Of a stretch of 64,000 bases of DNA, positions 1-14,000 are shown in pieces. The first letter of the stretch is position 1; every line of letters begins with the position of its first letter. A program made the translations under genes and the position numbers. The notes below the pieces were generated by a model. That model worked only from the letters and a program-made list of their open reading frames with translations, was not told the origin of the DNA and made no database searches. This stretch comes from Moniliella sp. 'wahieum' (Eukaryota), in contig RSEE01000085.1 in assembly GCA_003971905.1 (NCBI GenBank), forward strand, positions 186,001 through 250,000. The letters run 5' to 3'.

Positions 1-526
1 GGGGTCGAGCCAAGGGGAGCTGTGAGGATGGAGGACTTGGCTGTATGCGGGGTGGGGAGCGAAGTAGGGGGATTGCACGATGCCGACAGCGAGGGAGTTC
101 TCGGCGTTGGGATCGAGCAAGGGTTGGGAAGCATGTGCGGCGCCCTGAGCTGAAGGAGCGGCGGCGGCAGCAGCAGCAGCAGCAGCAGTAGCAGCTTTGG
201 CCAGTGTGCGCTCGTCATCGTACCCGGGCAGACGGACAAGGGCAGCAACTGATTCCCATGGGTAAGGCGCCATCCCACGTTGCACCTTGTAAGCAGCAAG
301 GGAAAGACGGAGGGCAAGGATCCGTGCTGCGGCATCTAGCCGCTGGGCGTCGGTGGATGGGCTGGCAGACGCCAAGGACGTCTGCTGAGGCCGATGCGCC
401 GAGGGCGGCGCAGCTGCAGGCGAGGGGGTGGCGGGGCACGGTTGCGGTGCTGGGGCGGTGGCGGGGGCGCTTTCGGGAAGGCGGAGGCGACTGAGGCGGG
501 GCGGGGATGCGCTTGCTGGTCGGCAT
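1..526 (-). CDS. 5' part of an unknown protein running off the window start (Pro/Arg-rich N-terminus, poly-Ala tract)
   Basis: ATG at 526 preceded by a C-rich (ATCCC)n leader on the minus strand. ORF MPTSKRIPAPPQSPPPSRKRPR; after a frameshift it reads YDDERTLAKAATAAAAAAAAAAPSAQ...PYFAPHPAYSQ. No recognisable domain. Confidence 0.4.
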
Positions 527-544
527 GGCGGGTGGGGTGGGGGT

Positions 545-583
545 GGGATGGGATGGGATGGATGGGATGGGATGGGATGGGAT
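545..583. repeat. (GGGAT)n pentanucleotide microsatellite
   Basis: About 7 near-perfect GGGAT/GGATG units read directly. Confidence 0.9.
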
Positions 584-1439
584 GAGATCAAGCAGGATGC
601 AGATGTGCCTGCTGAGGGTGACGTCACCCAGGGCAACGACTTGCCTCTTTCAATTTCAGCCTGTGCGTACACAGCCCCAGTCGAGAGCCACTGGTCACCG
701 TCACTGCTCGCCTGGCCCCCGCGGGGATTGGGTCGCACAGCGCTCATGCATCATGCATCGCCCATCGCACCCAGGCGGGGGAGAGTGTGGGTAAGTGATT
801 TCAGCATTTCATATCCTCCACAGGCCCCGTCTCCGATCGACTATCGCAGCCGAGCGCAGACCCAATCAATCGCAGGATTAACACCTGTATAGGCCACAGC
901 GCCTCGGGCTGACCTCCATATTGTGCACTCCCCAAAGCCAATTTCAGCGCCAGCCCGCCAAGCTTCTTGTGCGTGAGTGCGGGGGTGAAGAGACGCCAGT
1001 GCCCAGCGCCCCGCCACTCCCGCCTGGACGGGCAAAAGGAGGATCGGCAGAGGAAACGCCGAGGACTCCGTGGCCACTTAACGCAACACGCGCTTATGGT
1101 GTGGGTGGCACTGCGACATGTGACGTCAGCCTCATGAGCTCGGGGCGAAGAGCCGCTGGGCGCTGTGTCGCATGGGCCATGGGTGATGCTGGGCATGGGC
1201 TAGGCTGCCAGCTGAGCCTGCTGATGAGACGGCCTGCGCTTGGGCCTGCTTGGGCCTGCTTCCACCTGCGTTGCCCCGAGATGGGGCCCGTCTGGCCCCG
1301 ACTCGCTCCGTGCCACGCTCAGCCTGGCGCAGCCCAGCTGCTCAGCTCTGCCCACGCCATATTCCTACAAATACCAGCCGTCTTGCTTCCCTTGGCCCTG
1401 CTCGCCTGTGCCTCCCCCCCTCTGTCGCAGTAGGCCGCC

Positions 1440-4400
1440 ATGTCCGCTCGCGAGACGCACGCCAGCAAGCTCGACGACCTCCCCACGCGCGCCACTCGGC
1501 CCAGCCCCAACTCGGCCGCCTGCAGCAGCTCGCCGCGCTTCAGCCCGCCAAGCCTGCCGAACGCATCACCTCCTCCTTCAGCGCTGCCGCCAGCCACAGG
1601 CTCGCTGCCCTCCGTCGCCGTCGCAGCCAGTCGCCCGGCAGCTTGTCTGAAGCGGCCCATCGATCCGAAGCTGCCGTCCGCACACGTGCTCAGCGCGCCA
1701 GCTCGGGGGCTTCGGCGCCCCGCGTCGCCGCTACTCTCTACGCTGAGCCTCAGCTCGGCCCCACATCCGATGAGGTGCAAGACACCAAGGAGCTAGCGTG
1801 GTAGATGCGCTAGCGGATGCCACCCTGTCCGCCACCGAGCCCCCCATGTCTTCCGAAAGCCACTCCCAAGGATGCTCAAGACAAGACGGTGGAAGAACTG
1901 CGCATGGGCGAAGAAGCCGCCAAAGAGCGCTACTGGCGTCGTTGGGGGCCCTATACTCCCGAGCGCCAGTGGGCCACGGTGCGCGAGGATTACTCGGAAG
2001 ACGGAAATGCCTGGGCCTACTTCCCACGAACATGCCCGCTCGCGTGCCTACCGCTGGGGAGTGGAGGATGGCTTGGGTGGGCTTTCTGACAACCATGGCG
2101 ACTTGCCATCACCCTCGCACTGTGGAACGGCAAGGACCCGATCCTCAAGGAACGTGCGTTTGGCCTTGCCAATCAAGAGGGCAATCAGGTGAAGATGTCA
2201 AGGAGCTGTATTATTACCTTGACAATGTGCCGAGTCACTCGTACATGAAGTACATGTACAAATACCCGCAGTGCGCGTACCCGTACGACGAGTTGCTCCG
2301 TGAGAATGGCCAGCGCTCGCGCGAGGTACCCGAGTTTGAGATCACCGACACGGACGCGTTTGAGGATAACAAGTACTGGGACATTCTGGTCGAGTATGCC
2401 AAGGATGCCGATGAGGAGAATGCCATCTCAATGCGCATCACCGCCTTCAACCGTGGGCCCGAACCTGCCGACCTGCACTTGGTGCCTCAGGCCACGTTTC
2501 GCAACACGTGGGCCTGGTCGGTCACGAGCCAGAGGACAAGCCCTCGCTCATCCTAGCTGCCGAGGGAGCCGTGCAGCTAGACCACCCCACGTTGGGCCGC
2601 TACTTTTGGTATGCGCACTCGTCCCCGGCCCCGGCGGAACCATGGGACGGCCAGTCCGACCCCAAGCTTGTGTCGGAGGAAGAGGTGAAACCGACATTTT
2701 TGTTTACCGAGAACGACACCAACTATGCCCGTCTGTATCAGGGTGAAAACCCCCACATTTATTCCAAGGACGCCTTTCATGACCACCTCATCCCCTCCCA
2801 CCGTCCCGAAGGCGCAGCACCGGACACGAACTATGTCAATCCCAACCTAACAGGAACAAAAGTGGGTGCTCACTACTTTTTCAAACAAGTGCCCGCTCGA
2901 GGGTTGTGTCGTGATGCGGCTCAAGTTGACCCCGCACACATTGCAACGGACAAGTCAATTGACGATGACGATGCGTTGGATGCGACGATGGATGAGCGCC
3001 GGGCCGAGGCGGACGAATTTTACGACCGTTGTCGGGCAAGCAAGTGACCGGCGACTCGGCCAATGTGCTTCGTCAATTGTTGGCAGGCATGTTGTGGAGC
3101 AAGCAGTTTTACTACTTTGTCCAACGTCCTTGGATTACCGGCGACCCAGGCCAGCCGCCGCCGCCGCCCCATCGGGCCAACAACCGTAATGCGTCCTGGA
3201 CCAACCTGTACATGTACGATGTCATCTCGGTCCCAGACAAGTTTGAGTACCCGTACCCAGCACTGTGGGATTTGGCCTTCCATACCATTCCGCTCGCTTT
3301 GGTCGATCCAGCGTTTGCCAAGTCGCAGCTGGACGTGTATACGCGAGAATGGTACATGAAACCCGATGGGGCTATGCCTGCCTACGAGTGGAACTTTGAC
3401 GATGTCAACCCCCCCGTACACGCTTGGGCCACCTTCCGGTCTATCGTATCGAAGAGAAAATCTATGGCACTCGCGACGTGGACTTTTTAGAACGCGTGTT
3501 CCAAAAGTTGCTCATCAACTTTACGTGGTGGGTGTACGTATCTTTTCCCTCGTTCGTCTTACCAACAAGTTGGTGGGACTCTCTCTTGTCTTGACTCTGA
3601 CATGACCTCTCTTCTCCCAGAAACCGCAAGGACGCTTCAGGCATGAACGTATTTGAAGGTGGCTTCCTTGGTCTGGACAACATTGGACCTTTCAACCGCT
3701 CTGAGCCGTTGCCGGGCGGAGGCACGCTTCGCCAGTCGGACGGGACCGCATGGATGGCGTTTTATGCACTGACGATGCTTACCATTGCATTGGAGTACGT
3801 TGTCCTTTCCCCCCCTTTTTTTCTTTTCCAAGCGAGAAGAAAAGCCTCCTCTACATCATTCTTTCTCTCTTTCTCCTCGCGGCTCACTTCCCCCTAGGCT
3901 GGCTCGCTTCAACCCCAACTACGAGGACATTGCATCCAAGTTCTTTGAGCACTTTATTCTCATTTCCGATGCGCTTACCTACCCGGGCGCCGACAACCAA
4001 GGTCTGACGCTCTGGGACGAAGAGGAAGGCTTTTACTACGATGCCGTTCAACTGGCGCGACGCCCGAGGCTGGATACCGCCGCGTCAATGTCCGTTCTCT
4101 GGTCGGTTTGATCCCCATCTTTTCCGTGTTGACCATCGAACCTTCTGCGCTCGAACGCTTCCCCTCGTTTGCCAAGCGCTTCCAATGGTTTGTCGACAAC
4201 CGTCCTGCGCTCAGCCAGCGCAATATGGCCAACATGCGTGTGTAGGCCAAGGCGACAAGCGGCTGTTGGCGCTCGTGTCGCGCGAGCGGCTGGAGCGCAT
4301 CTTGCGCGCATGCTGGACGAGACCGAGTTCTTGTCGGATCATGGCATTCGGTCCCTGTCCAAGTACCACCTGGACCATCCGTGGCAAGTCTGGATCGATG

Positions 4401-4890
4401 GCCAGTCCTTTGGTGTGCAGTACTGGCCGGCCGACTCGAAATCGGGCATGTTTGGTGGCAACTCGAACTGGCGCGGTCCGATTTGGATTGCGACAACTTT
4501 TTGTTGATCGAGTCGTTATTCAAGTTCCATGCCTACTATGGTTCTTCCTTTACCATTGAGTTTCCCACCGGATCGGGCAAGTACCTTACCCTCGCCGAGG
4601 TAGCGTCCGAGTTGGAGCGCGGCTGATGAGCCTGTTTGCTCCTGACGCCCAGGGCCGACGTCCGCTCAATGGCGGCACGACCTCTTGGACTTTAACCCGT
4701 ACTTTTCCCCCCGTTTCGGTGCCCGAGTACTTTGATGGGGACACGGGCCGCGGTTTGGGCGCGTCCCACCAGACCGGATGGACCGGTTTGGTGGCCTACT
4801 CATCCTCAACCGCGCCCTTGGCTTGCACCTCTCCCTCCCTCCTGAAGGAATGTACCCGAGCAGCGGCCGTACAGCCCTCCCCCCTACTAA
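1440..4890 (+). CDS. Glycoside hydrolase family 63-like (MGH1/YMR196W-type) glycosidase; frameshifted; introns 3534-3620 and 3795-3897
   Basis: Motifs [142 protein letters not shown]. Both GTACGT..YAG introns restore the frame. Start (1440 vs ~1820) and stop are uncertain. Confidence 0.9.
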
Positions 4891-5560
4891 AAGTGCACCC
4901 CGCCCCCCCCTCCGGACCTTGGTTTCCTTTTGTTTCGATCGGCAAAAGGATTGAAGTACTTGGGAGCCGGCCCATCCTTCCTCGTCGTTCTCTCCGCCAC
5001 AACAAACATGACCTTTTGTCTCTGCCACCATGCTGTTCGGGTGGTTCAACTCTCTTGATTCATGCCATCTCCATCTCCTGTTACTCTTGTCGATTCTCTT
5101 TTGTTTTCCTTTGGTTCTCCCCTCACCACTGATTGTGGTATTATAGTCGAAGCAGCAGCCATCTGAATCGGCATAACTACGGCAGAGAGGGTCGCCTAAG
5201 TTCCGTGACTCTTCCCTCTCGGCAGGGCATATGCACATCCATCACTCTGGAAGAGGCAACGACCAAGTCCCTTAGTCGCTTGGATTGAAACCCGCCCTAC
5301 ATCTCTCTCCGTTTGGCGTGTAGGCAGCCCTGTCGAGGTTTCGACCCCTCGCACTGCAACCAACCCCTGTTTGGACCGCTTGTACTTTCGTTATAATATT
5401 CTCGAGCTAATAGAAGGGTATGCAAGTATACAACGAACGAAAGTCTCTCGGGGTGTGCGCCCAGGCGGGGGAAGGGGAGAGGGGAAAGGCAGGGACAGCG
5501 GCCAAGAGGTCCTCTCCGCATGCAGATCAACAGATAAACCGACATACAAACTGACAGACC

Positions 5561-5636
5561 ACAGACCGACAGACCGACAGACCGACAGACCGACAGACCG
5601 ACAGACCGACAGACCGACAGACCGACAGACCGACAG
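5561..5636. repeat. (ACAGACCG)n octamer tandem repeat, about 9.5 copies, between convergent 3' ends
   Basis: Direct reading; degenerate units extend back to about 5530. Confidence 0.95.
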
Positions 5637-5866
5637 GTCGTATACCTCTAAGCCCACTGCAACCCGCCTCCGTCTCGGCAGATAAGAAAAAGGGCAAGAA
5701 AGCAGTCAAGTCCATGCCAAACGAGAGCGGCAAAGCGAAACGGGGTCCGAGCTAAGGCATTCACACAAACAAGGACCCCTAGTCAAGTGAAAAACGAGGT
5801 TGGTTCAAAGGCCACAGCAGCGGGGCTCTCGAGACCTTGGAGGGGCAAGGGGGGGGGGAGGGGGGG

Positions 5867-8568
5867 TTACTGCGCCGCGGCAAACAGCATTGCCTTACCC
5901 CCGCCATGTTCGAGCCAATCGCGCAGATCGTCATCGTCCAACAAGCGCACCATCACCATGCGTCCTGTCGAGTTGGCGTTGTAGGGCACGCCAGCCTCGG
6001 CGGCCGCGATGGCCGCGGCGGCGGTATCGCCCGCCGACCGAGCGACTCGGGGTAACGCAGCACACCAATTTGGCTGCCCAGCCGTTCGCGCGCTTTGGCC
6101 AACAAGTCGGCATAGGTGATGGTAGCCGGATCGACACGCACGGCGACCAACTCGTCGGTGGCCGAATGGAAGATCTTGATCTTGGTCCAGCCCGGTTTGC
6201 GCGACGCGGCCGAGCACGGCGTGGTGGGCGTGGTGGCGGTGGTAGAGTAGTGGAAGCGGCGGTGGTGGGCATCCGTAGCGCCGAAAAGGGCGGCGAACCC
6301 GTATCTAGCGTGGCGAACCCACTGCCCCCACTTTGGGTCCGGTCCCGGTCGGAATGGCTGTTGCCCGAATCGGTGCGGGAGCCCTGGTGGGTGTGCGAGA
6401 GAGGTGGACGTGGTCCAGCTTGCCCGCCAGGTCGGCTGGGTCGGAGAAGCTGACGGAGGTGAGAGCTGGTGTGCCCAGGCCACGGCATGGGTAAGGACGA
6501 AGATTGAGGCGGGGGTGATGTGGTGCGTAGGGCACCACCCGATCGCCAGGGCGGGTCAAAAAATAGCTGCACCACCGACGAGCGGGTGAGATGGGAGGAA
6601 GAGCAACGATGTTGCGCGTATAGTGGTCGAGCGCACTCCGTCGTTGTTCGGCCATTGCATCGCTCATCGTCTCGCCGCTTGACAGCGGACGCGGAAGCGA
6701 AGGAATGATTGCCGGACCCGATCCTGGTGGGCCATGCCCAGCCTCGAGCGGGAAACTGGTCATGAGGGCCACGTGGAAATCGTAAAAGTCATCGTACAGA
6801 CGGTACAGCTCCAGTTCCACGGGGGACTGGCTCAGGTTGTCCGAGGGATCAGAGCGCTGAAGCGGGGGAGGGGAGCGACGTTCTTTTCCCTTGGGCTCGG
6901 GCTGCCAGAGACAACGGACACGGTACCAGTATCGCCTTGCTCTGTGTGCACCGCATCCACCTCGGCCCAGTTGGGAAGACCGGGCGGGAGCGGTTGGCAT
7001 TCATACTCCCCCGCCTCGCCCGTCGTCGGTCCCGTGCTTACCGATTCCGCGTCATCCAAGAGGGGACAAACGCGGTCCCCACCCCACTTCGGGACCAGGG
7101 TAGATCCAGGCCATATCCAGCAGGACCCTGCATTGTTTCCACTGGCTCATCCCCGGGGCTCGTACCGGGAGCAAAGTCTGCAACGCCATAGGACGGGATA
7201 GCCAATGGGGCCGGAACCGGGGCGGGCAACGAAGACCAAGTGGTCAGAGGGCTGAGGCTTCCTTGTGGAGGCGAAGAAGCCACCATGCGGACCGATCCAG
7301 GACCGTCACGAAGAGTGGGGTTGGGACATGGGGAGGAGATGGAGGTAGCTGTGGATCCGTTCCGAGCCGATCCCGGTTTGTGGCGATGACCATAACCGAA
7401 CGAGATGGAGATTGCCTTGGTATGGGAAGGGGTCCCGCCTTATCCACATGCGTTGGGTTGCCTTGGGCTTGCTGGCGGTCCCCATTGAGCCGGAGGGCGG
7501 ACGGGCTTTGGGATCAACCACCGAGGCCGGCCATTGCCAAGGACTGGTTCCAAACGCGGGAGCCGACGCCTTCGCTTGCTCGGGTATTGGTTGTGCCTGG
7601 GCCTTAGCCGGTGGGGCCGAAGGATGATTGGCGGAGGATGTCTGTCGCTTCGCTGCGCCACGTGGCGACAGATGGAATGGCGCCAACGGAAATGAGATCG
7701 GCCGGTTGTGCGGCAACATTCGGCCCGTTCGCAGGTCCATCAGCGCCACAAACGCCATCGGTACCAGCCCCGGACGAGTCTCGGTATAGGTAGCGTCCAA
7801 GCGGGTGGCCACGAGCCACTCGGAATTGGCATAGGCATACACTCGGATCAACACCCCGGATTTCACACTCAACTCGTCCGGCTGCTCCCCAACAAAGTCG
7901 TACAGGGCTATCCCCAAAAACGTATCGGGTACCACTGGCACAGCAGATGTGGATACCGCCGGCGCTGCAGGGACCGAGGACGACAGGGCGGGAGGCGAGG
8001 GGGTAGCCCATGGGTCAATCAATCCATCGGACGCGGCACCCGCTGCGTGGCCCGGCACGAACGGTACCGTCTGGCCGGGCGCAGGGGGAGGGAACTGGGT
8101 GAGCTTGACCGAACCGGTGGGGGCATGAAGCGGGCGCGAGTCGGCAGCGGTGGCGGCGGGGGTAGGGGTAGGAGTAGGGGTAGAGGTGGAGGACGCTACA
8201 CAGCTGCACGAGGAGGCGAGAAGGCAGCACTGCGGGTGAGAATGTCAAAGATGTTGGTGGGAGCTAAGCCTTGGGCGCCGGTGATGGGGTTGGAGACGGT
8301 GTACCAGTCGGGGTGGGGGCGTGAGGACGTGGAAGAAGTCGCCGGCGCGGACGGTCTGCTGCTGCGGAGTGCGGGCGAGGTAGGATGTGTGTGCGCGGAG
8401 GACAAGGAGCGGGGGCTGCTTGGCGGCGAGGGGGGCGGGGGCGGGGATGGGGGTGGGAGCCGAGGCGGGGGCTGGTGCGAGCAGGCTGGGCATGGTGGCA
8501 GAGGAGGACGAGGTGGGGCGGGGGTGCACTGAGCCAAGCAGGCTGCGACGCAGCGGGGTGAAGGGCAT
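5867..8568 (-). CDS. BEM1: Bem1/Scd2-like polarity scaffold (SH3-SH3-CI-PX-PB1), frameshifted
   Basis: SH3a LRAHTSYLART..GDFFHV..DWYTVSNPITGAQGLAP; SH3b IALYDFVGEQPDELSVKSG..SEWLVA..PGLVPMAFV; CI-like AIPSVATWRSEA; PX LYRLYDDFYDFHVALMTSFPLEAG..RRSALDHY; PB1 TKIKIFHSATDELVAVRV..LLDDDDLRDWL. Confidence 0.82.
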
Positions 8569-9172
8569 GAACGGGGGGGAGGGGCTGCGCGATGGCGATG
8601 GCGATGGCGATGGCGATGGCGGAGGGGCTGGAGGGTGGTGGAGATGGGTGATGATCGATGACGGTGGATGATGCCGGTGGAGCGCGTTCTATTTCCCCCT
8701 CGCAACGTCTGATCGCTGATCATCGCTCGTGCACCGTCGTATGGTCTAGCAAGAGCGCACGCACAGTGGGCTGTGCTGCGTGCTATCGGCCATGCAGTCA
8801 GGCGTCGCACACTGGGCGCTTGCGGGCCGTGCGCTGCACCCTGGCGGCGCCACCTGTGCCCTGGTCCGGCGTACGCTCCCCCTCCTGTCTGTCGCAGGCA
8901 CACTGCCCGTGCGCTGGCCTTCCCCGTGCGCCCACGGGCAGCATGGTGCAAGGAGCAGCCCGCGTGGGGCAGCCCCGGGCAGCAGAGCGCAGCACGGGGG
9001 CAGCCCATGTGCTGCCCCTCCGCCGAGCGAGTCCAAGCAGCGTAGGGTCCGATCACACGGCGTAGAGTATATACGGCCCCTGCTTGCTCTTCTTCGGCTG
9101 CATGGCAGGTGGATCTGGTTACGCAACTTGAACTCGCCCCCGTAAGCCAATGTAAGCTGCCACGAACAGCCG

Positions 9173-11075
9173 CTATGAATTTCTTTCCCAGTCGCAGCCG
9201 GCCACATCTACATCCACATCCACATCCACACCCTTCCCACACCCACCCAGCCAATCTCGACAATCGCTAATCGTTCCCTCGTCACGCCCCACTCCAATCC
9301 CTCGGTCCACGCCCTCCAGCCCGGCCACCGCCGCACAGCTTCTCTCGCCCGTCCCCGCTTCCATCCACACCAGTGGGGTCCCACGGCTCCTCCTGCCCGT
9401 CCGTCGTGGCTGGCGCCCAAGGAGCGGGCGCTGGGCAACGGGAGCACACTCGGGCCACAGGACAAAAGTATCTTCGCTGGCCTGGCTAGCCCAGCTGGCC
9501 ATCGACACCCACGTCGGGACAGGAAGGCCGGCGGTGTTGTTGTTGGAGCCGAGCCCCGCCACTTGGTTTTGGTCCCGCGCCAGGTTCCGAACCCACTCGG
9601 TAGGCGTCGGCGCCGGCTCGGGCAAGAGCGGACATAGACGCAGAGTGTACTGCTCTTCCTCGTATTCCATGGCCCAACCACAGGGCGGCATCGTGGCTGT
9701 TGTGGTGACGGTGGCAGTGGCGGTGGCGTTAGCTGAGATAGGAGCTTGTCCGATGCGCAACGTGGGCCCAGACCACGCTTGCACAGGCACTCGGCCCTCC
9801 CACCACCATGGCGGCTGCTCGTCCAGCCCCAGCAGTGGTGCCGTCCCCGCCTTCCTCCACCGTCCCGTCGAGGTCAAGGTCAAGGTCCATAGCCATATCC
9901 ACCTCCATCGGCACCGCTAACCCCATCTCATCTCCATCTCCATATCATAGAGGTCCGTCCCCGTCCCGGTCTCCCTCTGCGTGAGCGCCCGGCGCTGGCC
10001 CTATGCTCCCTGTGCCCATCCGTCTCATGTGCAGGTCGGGCTCGGGCGCGCCAAGCACCAAGGAAGGGTGTGGATGGTGCGGGTGCGGATGGAGGTACGG
10101 GTACGGATGAAGGGAAGTTGATGTGGATGGTAGGCATATGCCAAGCGAGCCGCGAAACGGCATCCATCAAATCGTCCGGGTACTGGGCGCGCAAGATGGG
10201 GGTCATGAGCGACCACTTGGTCGCCCCGCGTCAACGTTGCCGCCAAGTCGGTGGAAGTAGTACCCGGCCCCAAGCCCAGCCCCGCCGCTCCGCGTGCATT
10301 CTGTGCTGCGACTGGGCCGGCGCCCACGCTGCCACCCCCCCTCTCGACGGCTCGCCTTGGCTCCGAATGGCGCGGGGGCACCTCGGCCGCCCACCGGGCA
10401 AACCGGTGCCAGGGAGACGAAGGGGCGAGCCAGCATCTGATTTGCCCGCGGTTGGCTCGTGCGAGTGTCGTCCACCTCGTTCCGCGTGGCAGCGGACACG
10501 GGCTGGGACGAAGAGTGCGGGGGGAGCGTCGGGGTGGGCGTTCGTGTTGAGCTGGGTTTGCTCGAGGCTGCCCGTGTGGGCAGGGACGGGGGCAAGGGCG
10601 GGAATCGGTCTGGGTCCGGGGCGAGGTGGACCCGACAGGCAGGGAGAGAGGACGATGGGCGATCGACTTTGTCCCAGGAGGCGGGAGGCGTGCGGCGGAC
10701 GAAGCGAGGGAAGCGATCGGATACGAGAAGGAGCGGGTCAACCCCAAAGGCGAGTTGGACCCACAGGGAATCGGGCGACCCCTCCCGCTCGTCCGGCTCA
10801 GGCTCCGCTTTGGTCCGATAGCGGAGCCATGAAGTGGCACCCCCATCTGCAGTCCGGCGGCGGCCCATCGAGATGGGATGGCGCCGTTTTCTTGCCTCCG
10901 AGGGGTCCCAGGCCAGAGAGAGGCGGTGCCCCAGGGCACAGGGGTGGCGATTCGGAATAGACCGAGGTGAGAGCGGTGATGACGAGGCCGAGGTACGAGT
11001 GGAAGCGAGGGAGGAAGAGGAGGGGTGGGAGGACACGCGAACGCCCTCCCGTTCCTCTCCCTGCGGGCTCAGCAT
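9173..11075 (-). CDS. Unknown Ser/Pro/Arg-rich protein, frameshifted
   Basis: Chain of overlapping long minus-strand ORFs. Candidate ATG at 11075 (MLSPQGEEREG) lies downstream of a CACTAAC branch point and a CCCCCAG acceptor (~11176). Non-low-complexity blocks ILRAQYPDDLMDAVSRLAWHMPTIHINF and EEQYTLRLCPLL..EWVRNLARD. Confidence 0.5.
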
Positions 11076-14000
11076 CGGGATCCGACTCGCTAGTCTCGCT
11101 TGTCTGTCTCGCTTGCACCCCCACGGGTTGCAGTGGGAGTGATGGACTGGCTCCGGACGGCGCGCCCGAAGAGGCACTGGGGGAGAAGAGCACGTCGTTG
11201 TGGGACGAGATCGGTACAGGGTTGTTAGTGGTTTGTCCAACCACCCGTTCCGGCAAGACGGGGGGGTGACACCAGTGAGGCCCGTGAAGAGGGCAGGGCA
11301 AGAGGAAGTGGGGCCTTGGGCGCGCGGACGGACGGGGTGGCACAGTAGGTCGATGGGACCGTCACGCTCTGTCTCTGTCTCTGTCTCTGTTGCTGGGAGA
11401 GAAACACAGACCAAGACAGAGATCTCGGCCGGGAAGAGGTGAACGGGGGTGTTCCCGTTGGTGCGCAAGAGGCACGGGAGCAGGCTTCCAGCTCTGACAG
11501 CCGAAGGGGCCCGCCTTTAACCAGGTTCTTTGAGCGAAGTCAGATGCATGAAATGGAGCCAAGAATGAGGGGGGAAATGGGGGCAAGGCGAGAGAAATGC
11601 ACAACAAGCAATTGAGATTGAGATTGAGGGCGTCAACAGGTTTGGAACCGAGCCGGATGCAAGCGTTGGGTTGTTTTGAGGAAAAAATCAGGCACAACCA
11701 CAAAAGTGTTGCACAAAGAAACTAACCCAGGGCGTGAGATCAACGGATGACACACACACACGAGGTAGATCCAGACTCGCTGGGACGGGGTGAAAAACAA
11801 GAGAGTAATGTTGGGGATGGGGAAATGCGAGGGTGGCCTAGGATGGTAGGCGCTGTTCACCACAAGGGTAGCGGGGGGTAATGCCGCGAATTGCGAAGAA
11901 GCACGTGGGAGTACGGAGTAGGAGTGTGAGGAGAAAACGACGGTAGACGGAGACGGCCAGCCAGAGCAGAGACGAGAATAGTGCGGTGTGAGGCGCCTGG
12001 GAGCTGAGTGGCGGTAAGAAGAGAAGCTAGACTGTTGCCATGCCCTCTTGTTAGGGATAAAGTAGGAAAAGAACCGCCTGTAGAAGGTGTTGTTGCGGTG
12101 ATGGGCGCAACTGCCGCGCACACAGGTGGTGAGGAAGAGGCTCAGCGGATTAGCGCCACGGCACCCAACAGATGGAGCGGGGGGGAAGAGGCGGAGGTGG
12201 GTGGCAGGGAGCCAGGGGGGATGAAGGGAGGGAGAGAGCAGCTGTTGAGGGAGGGAGGAGAGAAGAAGCTGAGAGAGAGGAGAGGAGGGAGAGGCTGAGG
12301 TGGTGGTGCGGGGCGGGGGAGGCTGGAAGCACCCAGTAGTCGACGGACAACAGGGCAGGGGTTAGGGTAGCAAAGAAAGCGCACAAGCTATCATAGTGTG
12401 TGCAATGCACAACGCATCCATTATCCACCAGACCCGGATGAGGCAATCGGCGGCTGCGACGGAATGGGAATTGGATCGAGGGAGCCGCCGCTGGCGTATT
12501 GGCCTGTGGCACGACGGTGTGTGTGGCTGCTGCGGACTCAATCGGGGCTCTTTGCCTGTGGGAGCACACATGCCTCTGTGCCGGCGAGGGAGGGTCCTAG
12601 AACGCAACTCCTCTACTGTGTGCGGCCTGCGTCCTCCTCCCCAGGGCCTCTTCTGTGAGGCCCTCTGGGGCCCGAAGCCTGAGGCCTGAGGCGTCGCATG
12701 GTCACCAAACGTGTACGGGAGGGTAGGCACGACGATGAGATCGATGGTCCTGGATGGGAACGTTGCCGCTGGTCAGGGCAGCACCAATCGACCAGTCCAT
12801 ATTCCATCTGGACTGGCACCGGCGTATAGGCGGTGGAGCTTTTCGACACACCCCTATAGCGAGGGCAATAATTAATAAGGAGAAGTACGTTTGCAGCAAC
12901 CCTACCCGCAGCCGCTTGTTCACAGCAGCGGGGCAGTCTCCTCCTCTCCCCTCCCCTCCCCGGCCCTCCCCCTTGCTTAGCGTGAGCGTGGTGCCGATCG
13001 GCTGCGATCGATCCGAATCCCTCTTCAGGCGCAGCGCCAGTATCCTGCCCCCGCGACCGCAGCTCCAAGCCCTTAGTGCTGCCTCCATTCGAACCGGCAG
13101 CTGGTGTGATGATATGATGGATGGGACCAGATCATGAGACGTGTGACAGAACGTGATGTGGGCCAGCGGTCGAGCAAGCTGATGGGTGCGTCACCGGTCA
13201 CCGGCCTGAAGAAGATGCTCGTTGTACCACAGCGAATGGAGATACTAGTAGGCAACGAATGCTACCCTATTCCACCCAGTTCAAGTGCCACCAGGCCCCG
13301 GGACGCTAAGCATCGGTCACTGCATTCAGCATTCCGATGCCACCCTACACCACACTCACAGTTGCACCCATTCTTACTGCAATAATGGATTGCGTTTTTT
13401 CTCCAATCTTGAAGCTACAAGGTAAAAATCAGCTGTACTGCCTAATAGTAGGTGTGCATTTCTCCTGTTTTTGTTGCTGGACCCTCCTCTCGCCTATATT
13501 CAGCATGCCGCATACGTTCGAGTGAATTGGGAAGAGCAACTGGAGTAACAAAAGCACAGGCGGGTCGAACAACTGTGATGATGCAATGATGATCGATGAG
13601 CGCAAAAATTGATCGAAGATCCTGTGCAGTACTCCTATCATTTACCGAGCTCTTCAAGGCATCGATGGACAAACAGCTGTGGATGCCATACCAAAACAGA
13701 ACAGAGAGCTGCATGTGATCCATTCCAATATTCATCACGCTCTCTACTACTGTTACTGATGCAGTGATGGTATAAAGCAAACGACGACTCCACTTTAAAA
13801 CAGTTGAGTTTCCTTGAAACTTGGTTACTCTCGGCCCCATTCAAAAGCTGCACCCCCCGCGCGATCGGCGTAGCTGTGCTCGATGTCTTCACAATCGCCT
13901 TCTCCACCTCCGGACAAGAGGACTTCTGGAAAAAAAGCATATCATGCCGTGTGACGGGCACATGAGCGGGAAGGCACCAAACCCGTGAGGGCGAAGAGAG

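Noticed and set aside
5561..5636. Possible CRISPR-like or telomeric array
   Set aside because: Pure 8-bp tandem repeat with no spacers; not a TTAGGG-type repeat; eukaryotic context.
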